This document shows positions 1-9,249 of a stretch of DNA of 64,000 nucleotides, one piece after another. The stretch lies in the sequence record MW760841.1; one strand, written 5' to 3'. Under the pieces are notes generated by a model. That model saw only the letters and a program-made list of their open reading frames with translations, was not told the DNA's origin and searched no databases. Within the stretch, counting starts at the first letter, position 1; every line of letters starts with the position of its first letter. Both the position numbers and the translations under genes were made by a program.

Positions 1-279
1 GAATGGACTGATTGTAAACCCATTGGGTAAGTGCTAAAATGTGGTCGGTGAAGTTCGCCGGAACTTTTACCTTTACCGTATTACGAAGGTAAGTAAAAGC
101 TACGAGTTCGACCTGGAGGTTTGCCTTCGCGAAGACTTGTTTGTTCTTCGCAAAAGACTTGGACAGCTCAGACAATTCACCGACGGGAGCAACCGCACCT
201 TCGGCATCATTATCAGTCAGCGCTGTAATATTGATAAAGCCTTGTATATCTAACATTATAAGAAAACTCCGAGGTGAGC

Positions 280-777
280 ATGATAGCTGGAATCGTTAAA
301 CTACTTCCATTTCTACAAATACTTCTGGAAGCCTTTCAGCCGGGCGATGGTGAGAGAGTCACCCGCGTCGGTAAAATTACTACACTCGCCTTTGTTTTGC
401 TTTTGACTTATTCGATGTTCGTTTCCTATGCATACGTGGTTCAATACCACTCTCTGGTACAAGTGCGTGAGCATGACCAATACATGGAACGTCAGTCCAA
501 CGACAAAGACAAAACTTTGCAGTTGCAAGCTGATGAGCTACGAGCGCTTTACGCGCGTATATTCGAATGTCTAAGCAGTCGGCCGCCATATGAAAGTGGC
601 AGTGGGCATGCTCAGAAACAACCGGATATGCCTGCGGCACCTGTGGCTGCCCCAGAAGCCCCAATTCATGCTTCGCCATCGCCCACGAAAAAGGAAACCG
701 TGGCGAATAAACCTGTTGGCCCTGCCGACATGAATAAGTTCCGTATGGAGATTCTTAAAAATCTTAACGAGGAGTAA
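280..777 (+). CDS. Membrane protein, candidate i-spanin (Rz-like)
   Basis: N-terminal hydrophobic segment (TLAFVLLLTYSMFVSYAYVV), then a coiled-coil-like region and a Pro/Ala-rich linker; directly upstream of a lipoprotein gene. Start moved to ATG 280 after GAGG. Confidence 0.5.
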   Translation: MIAGIVKLLPFLQILLEAFQPGDGERVTRVGKITTLAFVLLLTYSMFVSYAYVVQYHSLVQVREHDQYMERQSNDKDKTLQLQADELRALYARIFECLSSRPPYESGSGHAQKQPDMPAAPVAAPEAPIHASPSPTKKETVANKPVGPADMNKFRMEILKNLNEE

Positions 778-779
778 AG

Positions 780-1250
780 ATGAGAGCCTTGTTACTCTGC
801 ATGACACTGTTCCTGGTGGCTTGTAGTGGCATGGTTATTGATGATAGAAAGGGCGCAAGCACGGCCTCTGTATGGCCCCTGCGTAACTTGGAGTCTCCAC
901 CGACGTTGCAAATGGGGATACGGTCTACTGAAGACCCCGGTTTTCAGACCTACATCTCCGAAGTGAACGCGTATGCTTATTACGTGTTCGTCTACGCCCG
1001 GAATCTTAACGACTATGCAAAAATGCGCAATTGGCGAATCCCTCAACCGGCTCCCATTTGTGAGCGTTTTGAAGTTGGGCCATTAAACCCGATTCCGAGC
1101 AAAGTAGAACTGTCAGAGACCGCACGAAATCCTCAGGATATCAGCCGGGATTTGGCAACGCAATTGAAACGACTTCTCGGCAATTACCGCCAGGATAGAA
1201 CGGCGTTTTCACGCGCACTTGAAGCACATTATGCCACATGCATTAACTAA
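780..1250 (+). CDS. Lipoprotein, candidate o-spanin (Rz1-like)
   Basis: Signal peptide with lipobox MRALLLCMTLFLVA-C-SG; Pro-rich mature part; 2 nt after the membrane protein gene. Confidence 0.55.
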   Translation: MRALLLCMTLFLVACSGMVIDDRKGASTASVWPLRNLESPPTLQMGIRSTEDPGFQTYISEVNAYAYYVFVYARNLNDYAKMRNWRIPQPAPICERFEVGPLNPIPSKVELSETARNPQDISRDLATQLKRLLGNYRQDRTAFSRALEAHYATCIN

Positions 1251-1257
1251 AAGAGCT

Positions 1258-1294
1258 ACTCCACTACCTTCGGGTAGTGGAGTGCTTTATTTTT
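1258..1294 (+). terminator. Intrinsic terminator
   Basis: ACTCCACTACC-TTCG-GGTAGTGGAGT followed by a T-rich tract. Confidence 0.85.
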
Positions 1295-1337
1295 ACAGCA
1301 CCAACCATTCTAATGTATACCCCAAAGGAGAGTTCAC

Positions 1338-2105
1338 ATGTCTACAGACATCGCACCAGGCAGCCAACGCACGCCTTCCATTTACGAAGCAGCACCCGTT
1401 CGTGTACCTCAGATCGTCATCGGTGTTGATGGCGAAACCAAATCCATGCGTTCTGATGCTTACCTGATTTCGTTAGGTATGGCTGCGTGGGACGTGACCA
1501 CATTGCGTCTTATCGGTGCCTTCTACCAGACCATCGATCCCAACGATGAAAAAGCCAAGGCCATCTTCCATGAAGACCCGAGCACTTTGGCCTGGTGGCG
1601 TGGTGAAGGGGATAATCCTGACTATGCTCCGTGTCCGGAAGCATATAAGGAAGCATTCTCAGGCACCATGAAGATGCCCGAAGTGCTGTGGTCGGCGTAT
1701 AAGTTCCTGGAAGGGTTTAAAGCCCCGAACCGTAACGTTACCCTGACTATGCGTGGCCCAGATTTCGATCATCCGATTCTGATGAACGCATTTGCCCAGT
1801 GTGATGTCCCGACGAGCTTACTGCGTCGCTTCTCCATGCTGGATTCAGACCGTACTGCGGAGCGTATTGCTTCGGCAATGGGTCTGGAACCGAACTACGA
1901 TGCTGAGTCCCATAACTGGACTCGTGGTAAGGAAGCGTATTTGCACCACGCAGGCTACGATGCTGCGCGTGAAGGCTACATCACTGCCCGTATCTATCAC
2001 CTGGCACTGGTTGCTAAGCGTCACGGCTTTGAGCGTATGCTGGAAGCACATCATCAAATCTGTACTGGTGAATACGCCCCGATGGAATTTTTAAGAGAGG
2101 CATAA
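1338..2105 (+). CDS. DEDDh-family 3'-5' exonuclease
   Basis: Exo I VIGVDGET, Exo II RGPDFDHPIL, Exo III HHAGYDA; AGGAG RBS. Confidence 0.75.
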   Translation: MSTDIAPGSQRTPSIYEAAPVRVPQIVIGVDGETKSMRSDAYLISLGMAAWDVTTLRLIGAFYQTIDPNDEKAKAIFHEDPSTLAWWRGEGDNPDYAPCPEAYKEAFSGTMKMPEVLWSAYKFLEGFKAPNRNVTLTMRGPDFDHPILMNAFAQCDVPTSLLRRFSMLDSDRTAERIASAMGLEPNYDAESHNWTRGKEAYLHHAGYDAAREGYITARIYHLALVAKRHGFERMLEAHHQICTGEYAPMEFLREA

Positions 2106-3631
2106 TGGACATCAAAGATGTAGATGTTGCAGTCATCTACACCGATGGTAGCCACCTGACTACCCCGCCCGGAACCGGCGCGGGGATTCACGGCTATTTA
2201 TTTAATCACGGTGTACTCGAGGACACTCAGGCGTATCGCTACAACGGTGCGACTGAGCATGTCACCACGATAGGCTACAAGAAGTTCCCGCAGGATGTGA
2301 AAGTCCCTGATGTTCCGGACACAGTGGAGTTCGTGGATGCGTTCATTCCTGTTCCTGCACACTTCTGGTCTGACGTGGCTGAACTGACAGCATTCATTAC
2401 GCTGTTTGAATCTGCGCCATTCCGTGCCAAGAACTATATCGTCTACGTCGATGCCTCGTATCTGGTGAACGCCTGGAACCAGTGGATTGCTAACTGGAAA
2501 CAGAAGAACTGGACGAAAGCGGACGGCAGTCCTATCGGCAACCGGGATTTGATTATCAAAATCAGTGAAATCAAAGACCGTCTGCACAAAGAAGGCCGCA
2601 GTGTCAAGGTGATTAAGATTAAAGGTCACGCTGGACATTACGGTAACGAGCGTGCTGACCAGATGGCCGGTAAAGCGTCGGCGATGGTGGCTGCTGGGAA
2701 AGGAATTGAGTACCGTCCGTATTGGTCAACCGAAGAACTGCCGGAGGAGTTAACGCTCCAAGAGCCAGAAGAATCGATTGCGCCGGGCATTACCAACTTC
2801 CCACTGCTGACCCAGACCGTGAAGTTCTGTTACCCAATGGTCAATGAACCGCACCCCGAAGTAACGATTCACGGGGAGCAGTGGAAGTACATGTTCGGCG
2901 GTAACCACGCAAAGAACAAGGACGACGTGGTCTTCATTGGTAAGATGATTCCCGATGCACAATTTGCGGTCTTCTTTAACAAAGACGGCTGGGATAATGT
3001 CTATACCTTGGTGAACACGCACTGTGATCGTGCCTGGGACGGTGTGCCGCGCTTACAGCGCTTCGACCCGGTGGCTATCGTGTATAACGATTTCATCAAA
3101 CGTAAGAAGTTTGTTGATGCCACGAAGGACGGCTTGCCATTAAGCCATATGCCGCTCAGCGACGACCGTAACGTCTGTATGTACGATGACTTGCTGATTA
3201 CCCGTCTATTGCGTCCGGCGTTGCTGTCGTATCGTGCGCTGGAGATTCGGGACGAGTTAGCGGGCTGGTTGCGTGATGCTATCGAAGGACAGAAAGACGT
3301 GGTGTTAAACGACATCACCGACTTACTGTTTGACGAAGCAGGTAAACCGCGTAAGGACTTCTACCGTACGGTTGACCGTTCGTTCAGTGTGAAGGTCGGT
3401 TATGCGCACAGTGAGAAAACCATCCCGGTTATCTTGACGCGTGGGACTGACATTCCAGGACGTACTGAACTGAACCGCATCAAAGAGCCTACGGGGCGCT
3501 ATTACGTGGCAACACGTCGTACGCAGGAACGTTGTGTAGAATACGCGGTGGTCTATATCGGTGAGCAGCATCATGGCCTGTGGTGTGGCTATTACGCAAA
3601 CAAACGTATCTTGCAGGAGGAAGAGGTGTGA
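2105..3631 (+). CDS. rnhA: Ribonuclease HI with long C-terminal extension
   Basis: RNase HI motifs IYTDGS, AELTA, VDASY, WKQKNW, NRDL, IKGHAGHYGNERADQMA in the N-terminal ~190 aa. Confidence 0.85.
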   Translation: MDIKDVDVAVIYTDGSHLTTPPGTGAGIHGYLFNHGVLEDTQAYRYNGATEHVTTIGYKKFPQDVKVPDVPDTVEFVDAFIPVPAHFWSDVAELTAFITLFESAPFRAKNYIVYVDASYLVNAWNQWIANWKQKNWTKADGSPIGNRDLIIKISEIKDRLHKEGRSVKVIKIKGHAGHYGNERADQMAGKASAMVAAGKGIEYRPYWSTEELPEELTLQEPEESIAPGITNFPLLTQTVKFCYPMVNEPHPEVTIHGEQWKYMFGGNHAKNKDDVVFIGKMIPDAQFAVFFNKDGWDNVYTLVNTHCDRAWDGVPRLQRFDPVAIVYNDFIKRKKFVDATKDGLPLSHMPLSDDRNVCMYDDLLITRLLRPALLSYRALEIRDELAGWLRDAIEGQKDVVLNDITDLLFDEAGKPRKDFYRTVDRSFSVKVGYAHSEKTIPVILTRGTDIPGRTELNRIKEPTGRYYVATRRTQERCVEYAVVYIGEQHHGLWCGYYANKRILQEEEV

Positions 3632-4386
3632 TAAAACTCATCAGTGAAACGTTGACATTGCACAGTCAAACGTTGATGGAAGCGATGAAGGAATACGCCT
3701 ACAAAACCTGGGTCACCAACTCGGGAGAATGTGGCGTAGGGAACGTGATTCCCAACTTCGATCATGATGAGGTGAGTCGTGAAGGAATGGCGGGTGTGGT
3801 CGCCCGCATTCTCATGGATGCCATTGCGGCTATCAATGCGAACTGCGATTACATCTACCATCCCGAAATCACGTTGCCACAAATTCCTACCGAGAAGTAC
3901 CGGAAATGGCGAGAATCTGGCAATACCGGGATGTTCACCATCATGGAGATGTACGATGCTCATTGTCGTGAGTTGAAAATGTCTCCGTTGCTCGAAGGGG
4001 CGATTAAGTGGTACAGCACTCGCTTTGTCGATGAGATTTATGGCATCGTCAGTCGTAACCACGCCGACTTTGGCACGGACGGCAGTACCCTGGTGTACAT
4101 CACCCATCCGATGCTCACCAAGATGTTGTTGGACGGGCGGGTGATTCTACCGTTGCTTGAATTCGACGACTACACCTTTGGTGCCGAAGGGGATAGCATC
4201 GACGACATCCGTGACACCATCATGGCCACCGAATACGGCTTCCTGGTGCAGGACGAGATGTACGTGTTGTTCGACAGTGCCCCACGTTATATTCTGGATA
4301 ACGATGATCAGGACTCGGAAGAACGTCCGGGTGTTGAGCTTTGGACTTTGAAACCTGAGGTCATAGAGCAAATCAAAAATCTCTGA
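3628..4386 (+). CDS. Hypothetical protein
   Basis: Long ORF; GTG start overlaps the RNase H stop (GTGA). Confidence 0.7.
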   Translation: MIKLISETLTLHSQTLMEAMKEYAYKTWVTNSGECGVGNVIPNFDHDEVSREGMAGVVARILMDAIAAINANCDYIYHPEITLPQIPTEKYRKWRESGNTGMFTIMEMYDAHCRELKMSPLLEGAIKWYSTRFVDEIYGIVSRNHADFGTDGSTLVYITHPMLTKMLLDGRVILPLLEFDDYTFGAEGDSIDDIRDTIMATEYGFLVQDEMYVLFDSAPRYILDNDDQDSEERPGVELWTLKPEVIEQIKNL

Positions 4387-4406
4387 GATAGATATTATCT
4401 TAGTGA
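4387..4406 (+). promoter_or_regulatory. Putative early (virion RNAP) promoter
   Basis: GATAGATATTATCTT; recurs at 14066, 45789 and 59622 upstream of genes; resembles the phiKZ early motif TATATTAC. Confidence 0.65.
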
Positions 4407-4427
4407 TGCATTCAGAAGGAGTATCAA

Positions 4428-5165
4428 ATGCTTACCATAGAGGTACCGGAATTACGTCGGTACAATCCGGAGTTTTTCCGGCAGCTGTTTGACAGGCTAT
4501 GGCCCAACTTTCAAATTGGGCATCTTGGTGAGGGTTTGCACGTTAAGCACATCGAAGATATTTTCTACGTGGATAGCGTGTCCATTACGATGGACACGTT
4601 TACCCGCGCTATCGACGAGATGGTGCAAGCTGTTAACCTGAAACGTCCACTGGACTTGGATTACGTGACGTTTGATTACAACGATTACATGGACACGTAC
4701 TCGTTTGAAGACCCCGAGGTTCCAGCTTACGACATGCTGAGACTCGAGGGTCTTATGTTTGAATTTTTTCATTATCTCATCGAGGCCATGATTTCGCCTG
4801 AGTTCTTAGCGGTACTCACGGCACAGATGAATCGCATCTGGACCCAGTTGGCTGGGATAGTGGGGAGCTACGGCGTTGTGGGGATTTGGTACGAACCCTA
4901 CGTCGGTGGGAATAACATGTGGGTAGATGGGGATAAAGTCTTCGGTATTCAGCAGACTGATTTCCAGGTTATCCACGTAGGGGTGTGGGATGGGATGCAT
5001 TCAAACAGCACGTTCTACCCGCATTCCGATGATGCAGATAATGAGTTTTACTGGTATCAAGGCAGTATGGTTAAGGCAAGCTCCGGCAATAACATTATCC
5101 CTCGGGGTGAGACCGTGAGTCTTTGTCGTCTCAAAGATGAAATCGTCCGTTTAATGGATCAATAA
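4428..5165 (+). CDS. Hypothetical early protein
   Basis: 245-aa ORF with AAGGAG RBS just downstream of the early promoter motif. Confidence 0.75.
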   Translation: MLTIEVPELRRYNPEFFRQLFDRLWPNFQIGHLGEGLHVKHIEDIFYVDSVSITMDTFTRAIDEMVQAVNLKRPLDLDYVTFDYNDYMDTYSFEDPEVPAYDMLRLEGLMFEFFHYLIEAMISPEFLAVLTAQMNRIWTQLAGIVGSYGVVGIWYEPYVGGNNMWVDGDKVFGIQQTDFQVIHVGVWDGMHSNSTFYPHSDDADNEFYWYQGSMVKASSGNNIIPRGETVSLCRLKDEIVRLMDQ

Positions 5166-5175
5166 GGAGTATCAA

Positions 5176-5544
5176 ATGAATATTTCAACAACAGTCGCGC
5201 AGTACCTCGCAGATTTCGCACGTCCTGGTTTAACCCTGGTCTCTGTCCCCGCGACCTTAGACCTCCGCATCGACGGGGCACCGGAAACACCCACTCTCTA
5301 TTCTCTCAGTGGCGATTACCTGGAAGTACGTCGTAGGCTGGGTAAAATCCGGGCCGAAGCGGTGGCGGAAAACCAAATGCGCGTTCTCTACATCGATAAT
5401 ACCTACGACGCGGGGCGTCTCGATCAAGAGGCCGATGTCGTATTGGCCGTATCGTTCGGTATGGACTCCGGTAAGGTTGAAGTCAAGAAATACCGTGGCG
5501 CGGAGGAAAAACCGAAGGACACCTATTTCATCTACGAGGCGTAA
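5176..5544 (+). CDS. Hypothetical protein
   Basis: 122-aa ORF with AAGGAG RBS. Confidence 0.7.
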   Translation: MNISTTVAQYLADFARPGLTLVSVPATLDLRIDGAPETPTLYSLSGDYLEVRRRLGKIRAEAVAENQMRVLYIDNTYDAGRLDQEADVVLAVSFGMDSGKVEVKKYRGAEEKPKDTYFIYEA

Positions 5545-5546
5545 TC

Positions 5547-6380
5547 ATGAAACGTGTACATCTGCACTTACTGACAGGGTTACACGATCACCTTCACCGT
5601 ATGGCCGGGCCCAATTTCCGTAACGCAGCACAAACCGCGTACCTGGTTGTGGCGAGAGAGATAGCGAAACTGTATCTCCCAGATGCCCACTCGGAAATCT
5701 ACTACATGCTGACCGCCCGGTTGTTTGACATTGAACAGTCGGCGGCAGACCTGCCCCGCATGGCTCCACTCGAATATCGCGATGCTTGGATATGCCAGGA
5801 TTTATACGACACTGGCTGCATGTCCGATTGCGAAAAGGCGGTGGAGTTGGTTTCGCGGTTGTGTGGTAACTACGACTGGGCGAATCATTATCGGCGACGG
5901 CATCCACTGGATTCCAGCGAGGACGTTAATCGGGGAATGCTCCACACGCTGTACGATGTGGCGAATTACCATGACGCGTACATCACCTTCGCTCGTGATG
6001 AAGACCTGCTGAATTTTAGCATGTGGTTCGGCGGGGATATGCGTGAAGAAATGGAAGAGTTCTACGTTCGCTTCTATCACGATATCGGTGAGGATGAGCA
6101 GTACGAGGCGTTGCTTGCCGAGTTCCCGGCTAACGGTCTACCGCACAAGTACATGTGGCGGCATGACCATGCACCCTGTACGCCTGTTACCGGACAGCCC
6201 CGGTACAAGAACATCTCGATTCTCGATTTAGAGAAGTACGGGAAGCACTGCATTGATAAACTCTCCAAAGGGGACGAGTTATGCGTTGTGTTTACAGCCA
6301 CGCGCTTATGCGACTACAAGTCGGTTATAGCCGTATCCCGGTTTCAGGACAGAATGAGAAAGGTGGATGGGAATACCTGA
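5547..6380 (+). CDS. Hypothetical protein
   Basis: 277-aa ORF tightly packed in the operon. Confidence 0.7.
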   Translation: MKRVHLHLLTGLHDHLHRMAGPNFRNAAQTAYLVVAREIAKLYLPDAHSEIYYMLTARLFDIEQSAADLPRMAPLEYRDAWICQDLYDTGCMSDCEKAVELVSRLCGNYDWANHYRRRHPLDSSEDVNRGMLHTLYDVANYHDAYITFARDEDLLNFSMWFGGDMREEMEEFYVRFYHDIGEDEQYEALLAEFPANGLPHKYMWRHDHAPCTPVTGQPRYKNISILDLEKYGKHCIDKLSKGDELCVVFTATRLCDYKSVIAVSRFQDRMRKVDGNT

Positions 6381-6742
6381 TGCTGGCTACGCTGGTCATG
6401 GAGTGCGCCACCCGTGGTTACATTCTCCCCAGCGTGCGTCAACAGCATCACGTCACTGCGATACTGCGTGAGAAGTACAGCTTTATGTTCACCTCGCATG
6501 AAGTCAATTTTAAACGTATCTACGATATCGTACGAGACCATTTAGCCGAAGTCATTTACGAACTCCGCACGGAGTTACGGATGATTCTCGATACCCACAA
6601 TCTGACCCAGACCGATTTGTATTACACGCCTGCTGACTTAGTGCAGTGTCGTTATCACATCCGGTCTGTAGAAGAACAAACCATAGATGCCTTGGCATTA
6701 AGGACTAGCGATGCAGTTAATTCTCGATTTCTCGCTCTCTGA
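6380..6742 (+). CDS. Hypothetical protein
   Basis: Start moved to ATG 6380 (TGATG coupling with the upstream stop). Confidence 0.6.
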   Translation: MLATLVMECATRGYILPSVRQQHHVTAILREKYSFMFTSHEVNFKRIYDIVRDHLAEVIYELRTELRMILDTHNLTQTDLYYTPADLVQCRYHIRSVEEQTIDALALRTSDAVNSRFLAL

Positions 6743-7256
6743 TTCACGTACGGCGCTGAACAAAGTGCTGGGCGAAATGAAAGCAGAGCTGGTATTTGAA
6801 ATCAACGAAGCGGTGAGTAAGTACGAAAACAGTAAGAAGGAAGAGACCGGTAAAGCCCACTACCTGGTTGAAGCTCAAGGTGTAACGGACACCACTGTTT
6901 CGTTCATCACTGAAAAGTTGAAGAACATCCTGCAATTCCCGCACAAGATTCCCTTCCTGTGCTACGAGTCCATTGAAGAAATCATCGCATTGATTCAGTC
7001 GGGCTTTACGTCGGCTTCGTTAGCGCTGGATGAGATTGCCACCATCAACATCAACGAAGTGTATGTCTCCATTCCTCGTGAGTGCGACAAGGACTTGAAC
7101 ATGTTCGAAGTGGTTGGGATATCGGATTTGTTTGAAACCGAATCTATTCTGGCTATGGAAAACGTCGTCAAACGCGCACAGGACAAAGTCGTTCAAATCT
7201 GTCGTAACGAACTGGCTTATAACCTGGAGTGTATGCAAAAAGCGACCAGCTTATGA
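6711..7256 (+). CDS. Hypothetical protein, possible paralog 1 of tandem family
   Basis: N-terminus MQLILDFS resembles the next two ORFs. Confidence 0.65.
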   Translation: MQLILDFSLSDSRTALNKVLGEMKAELVFEINEAVSKYENSKKEETGKAHYLVEAQGVTDTTVSFITEKLKNILQFPHKIPFLCYESIEEIIALIQSGFTSASLALDEIATININEVYVSIPRECDKDLNMFEVVGISDLFETESILAMENVVKRAQDKVVQICRNELAYNLECMQKATSL

Positions 7257-7741
7257 AATTGATAATCAACTTCACACCAGATGGGTATGAAGCCGCCTGG
7301 ACGACCTTGATGGGCGACTTGTTCGCCCGTTATCTTCCGGTGGTGGAGAAGATGCTGCCGGAGGAGTCAGTAGAGAATGTCAGAGCAACCCTATTGGGGA
7401 TGCTCGACCCTCTGTACAAACCCATCGGTGATTTGTCGAAGGCTATCTTGATTTTCGAGTTTGACAAATCTGACGTGGATCGTGGCGTCATTGCAACCAA
7501 CGTAACTCAGTTTACCATGGACAACCGCTTGCAGGTCACGCTGGAAGAAATTCGCCAGAGTATCTATAGTGGACACGTTGGTGCTAATGGTGTGACAATC
7601 AAAGAGTACGGACGCGAAGAACGTGAGGCATTTTACCAGCACGTCGAAAAGCAGCTGATGGTTCTGGTGGAAGACCTGTATGAGAAAACCTTTGCTGATG
7701 TGTCGGAGATTACGTTCCAATTTTCTAAGGAGAAAAAATGA
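7253..7741 (+). CDS. Hypothetical protein, paralog 2 of tandem family
   Basis: Start at ATG 7253 (ATGA overlap); shares KMLPEE and IFEFDKS with the next ORF's KALPED and VIEFDSS. Confidence 0.7.
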   Translation: MKLIINFTPDGYEAAWTTLMGDLFARYLPVVEKMLPEESVENVRATLLGMLDPLYKPIGDLSKAILIFEFDKSDVDRGVIATNVTQFTMDNRLQVTLEEIRQSIYSGHVGANGVTIKEYGREEREAFYQHVEKQLMVLVEDLYEKTFADVSEITFQFSKEKK

Positions 7742-8247
7742 AAGTAGTCTTCCACCTAAGTAGCGAAGAGTTTCACGATATGTTCAAGAAGACTTACGTA
7801 CATATCGAGATGAACTTGCGCAACATGGTGACTAAAGCATTGCCGGAAGACGAGCACGATAACATCCCACGTATCGTCGATATCGAGATGGGCCGTGTAC
7901 GGTTGTTGATGAAACAGCTTGCCGACACCATTACGGTGATTGAATTCGACAGCAGCCTTAATGAAGAACTGGTTGGCGCAGAGCGTTGCAACCAACTAGT
8001 CTTTGGTGATGCTGCCGAACTCATCAAGATGTTCCACTACAACGACGGGGCAAATTATCCCGTCGTAGCTGACGATGTGGAAGAGACTCTTCGTCTCCAT
8101 GCGCTGTACGAGAAACTCGATAAAACGTTTATCGAGAGTGAATGGCCGAAGCTAGTTGCTATCGCCATGGCGGAATTGGCAATCTTCGTCTTTCGACACA
8201 TCACATCGTGGTTGAGCATCCAGGCGGTGCGTTTCGTGAAAAAATAA
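7738..8247 (+). CDS. Hypothetical protein, paralog 3 of tandem family
   Basis: ATGA overlap, AGGAG RBS, motifs shared with the upstream ORF. Confidence 0.7.
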   Translation: MKVVFHLSSEEFHDMFKKTYVHIEMNLRNMVTKALPEDEHDNIPRIVDIEMGRVRLLMKQLADTITVIEFDSSLNEELVGAERCNQLVFGDAAELIKMFHYNDGANYPVVADDVEETLRLHALYEKLDKTFIESEWPKLVAIAMAELAIFVFRHITSWLSIQAVRFVKK

Positions 8248-8255
8248 ATAAAGCC

Positions 8256-8291
8256 CACCACTCCGTAAGGGGTGGTGTTGCTTTTACTTTT
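8256..8291 (+). terminator. Intrinsic terminator
   Basis: CACCACTCC-GTAA-GGGGTGGTG then a T-rich tract. Confidence 0.8.
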
Positions 8292-8314
8292 TAATACCAT
8301 TAAGGAGAATCACA

Positions 8315-9202
8315 GTGAAATTTTTAACTTTGGCTGAGGCCAAACGCATTCCAGAAAGCCGTATCCAGTACCGGGAAGATATTTGGTTCGGGCTATTAGC
8401 ACAAAGTTACGATAAGAGATTTGGCATCTCTTTTGTTGACGACTACCTTAAAACCACGAACGGTGAAATCGATAACACCTTCATACCTTTCTCGTACCAA
8501 AAGACGGTGATACACGATGGTCAACCGGAAGAGTCCGCTTCCTTATCTTACGGCTACTATTACGGGGGCGTGACAGTACACATCAACCACGGGAAACTGG
8601 TTGAGGTTTTAGAAACTGAACCTTTAAAGGAAGTTCCATTAGCATGGCTTGACTATCTACCGGGCTGGACGACTCATTTCCCATTGAAAGATCCGGAAAT
8701 CTATTCTGGACTCTTTCTGGCAAGACGTGTCGATGAAAGTGGTCAGATTCTCGTCTTCGGCAAACCAAAAAACGACGGGATCACGGAAATCTTTACGTAC
8801 CGGATAAAAGAGGTTGAGGGCCGGTGCTTTACCTTAACCGATGAAGACGACGAGATAATTACACCCGAACTGTTTCGTTTCTTTCAGGCGATGCTGTTCT
8901 TCTGTTCACTGATACCTCATAAGCCAGCGCTGCCGAAGGTGTCCAAGCAGACTCGTAAAGGCGGCGTGGTGGATTACCATATCCAGCCCCTTAAAGAAAC
9001 CCGTGAAGTTCCTCTTGATGCGGTTGTAGCAGCTTACGTTGCCGAACACCAAACCGGTAACGGGCAATCGCCGAGTTCGAGAAAGGCCCACTTCCGACGG
9101 GCACACTGGCGATCTGTGTGGTTAGGTCCTCGTGACGGTGCGCGTGTTAAAGACATGCGTTGGATTCCAGCGACAGTTGTCCGGGGTTACAAGCCCGAAT
9201 AA
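8315..9202 (+). CDS. Hypothetical protein with basic C-terminal HFRRAHWR motif
   Basis: 295-aa ORF, AAGGAG RBS, terminators on both sides. Confidence 0.75.
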   Translation: MKFLTLAEAKRIPESRIQYREDIWFGLLAQSYDKRFGISFVDDYLKTTNGEIDNTFIPFSYQKTVIHDGQPEESASLSYGYYYGGVTVHINHGKLVEVLETEPLKEVPLAWLDYLPGWTTHFPLKDPEIYSGLFLARRVDESGQILVFGKPKNDGITEIFTYRIKEVEGRCFTLTDEDDEIITPELFRFFQAMLFFCSLIPHKPALPKVSKQTRKGGVVDYHIQPLKETREVPLDAVVAAYVAEHQTGNGQSPSSRKAHFRRAHWRSVWLGPRDGARVKDMRWIPATVVRGYKPE

Positions 9203-9211
9203 AATAGAAAG

Positions 9212-9248
9212 ACTACCACCCCTAACGGAGTGGTAGTTCTTTTTTTTT
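9212..9248. terminator. Terminator between convergent genes (probably bidirectional)
   Basis: ACTACCAC...GTGGTAGT hairpin, T-run on the right, A-rich on the left. Confidence 0.8.
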
Positions 9249-9249
9249 G

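Noticed and set aside
41-253. 70-aa ORF at the window start
   Set aside because: No clear RBS or motif; upstream frames close at 30-37, so this may be intergenic. Not enough support to call.
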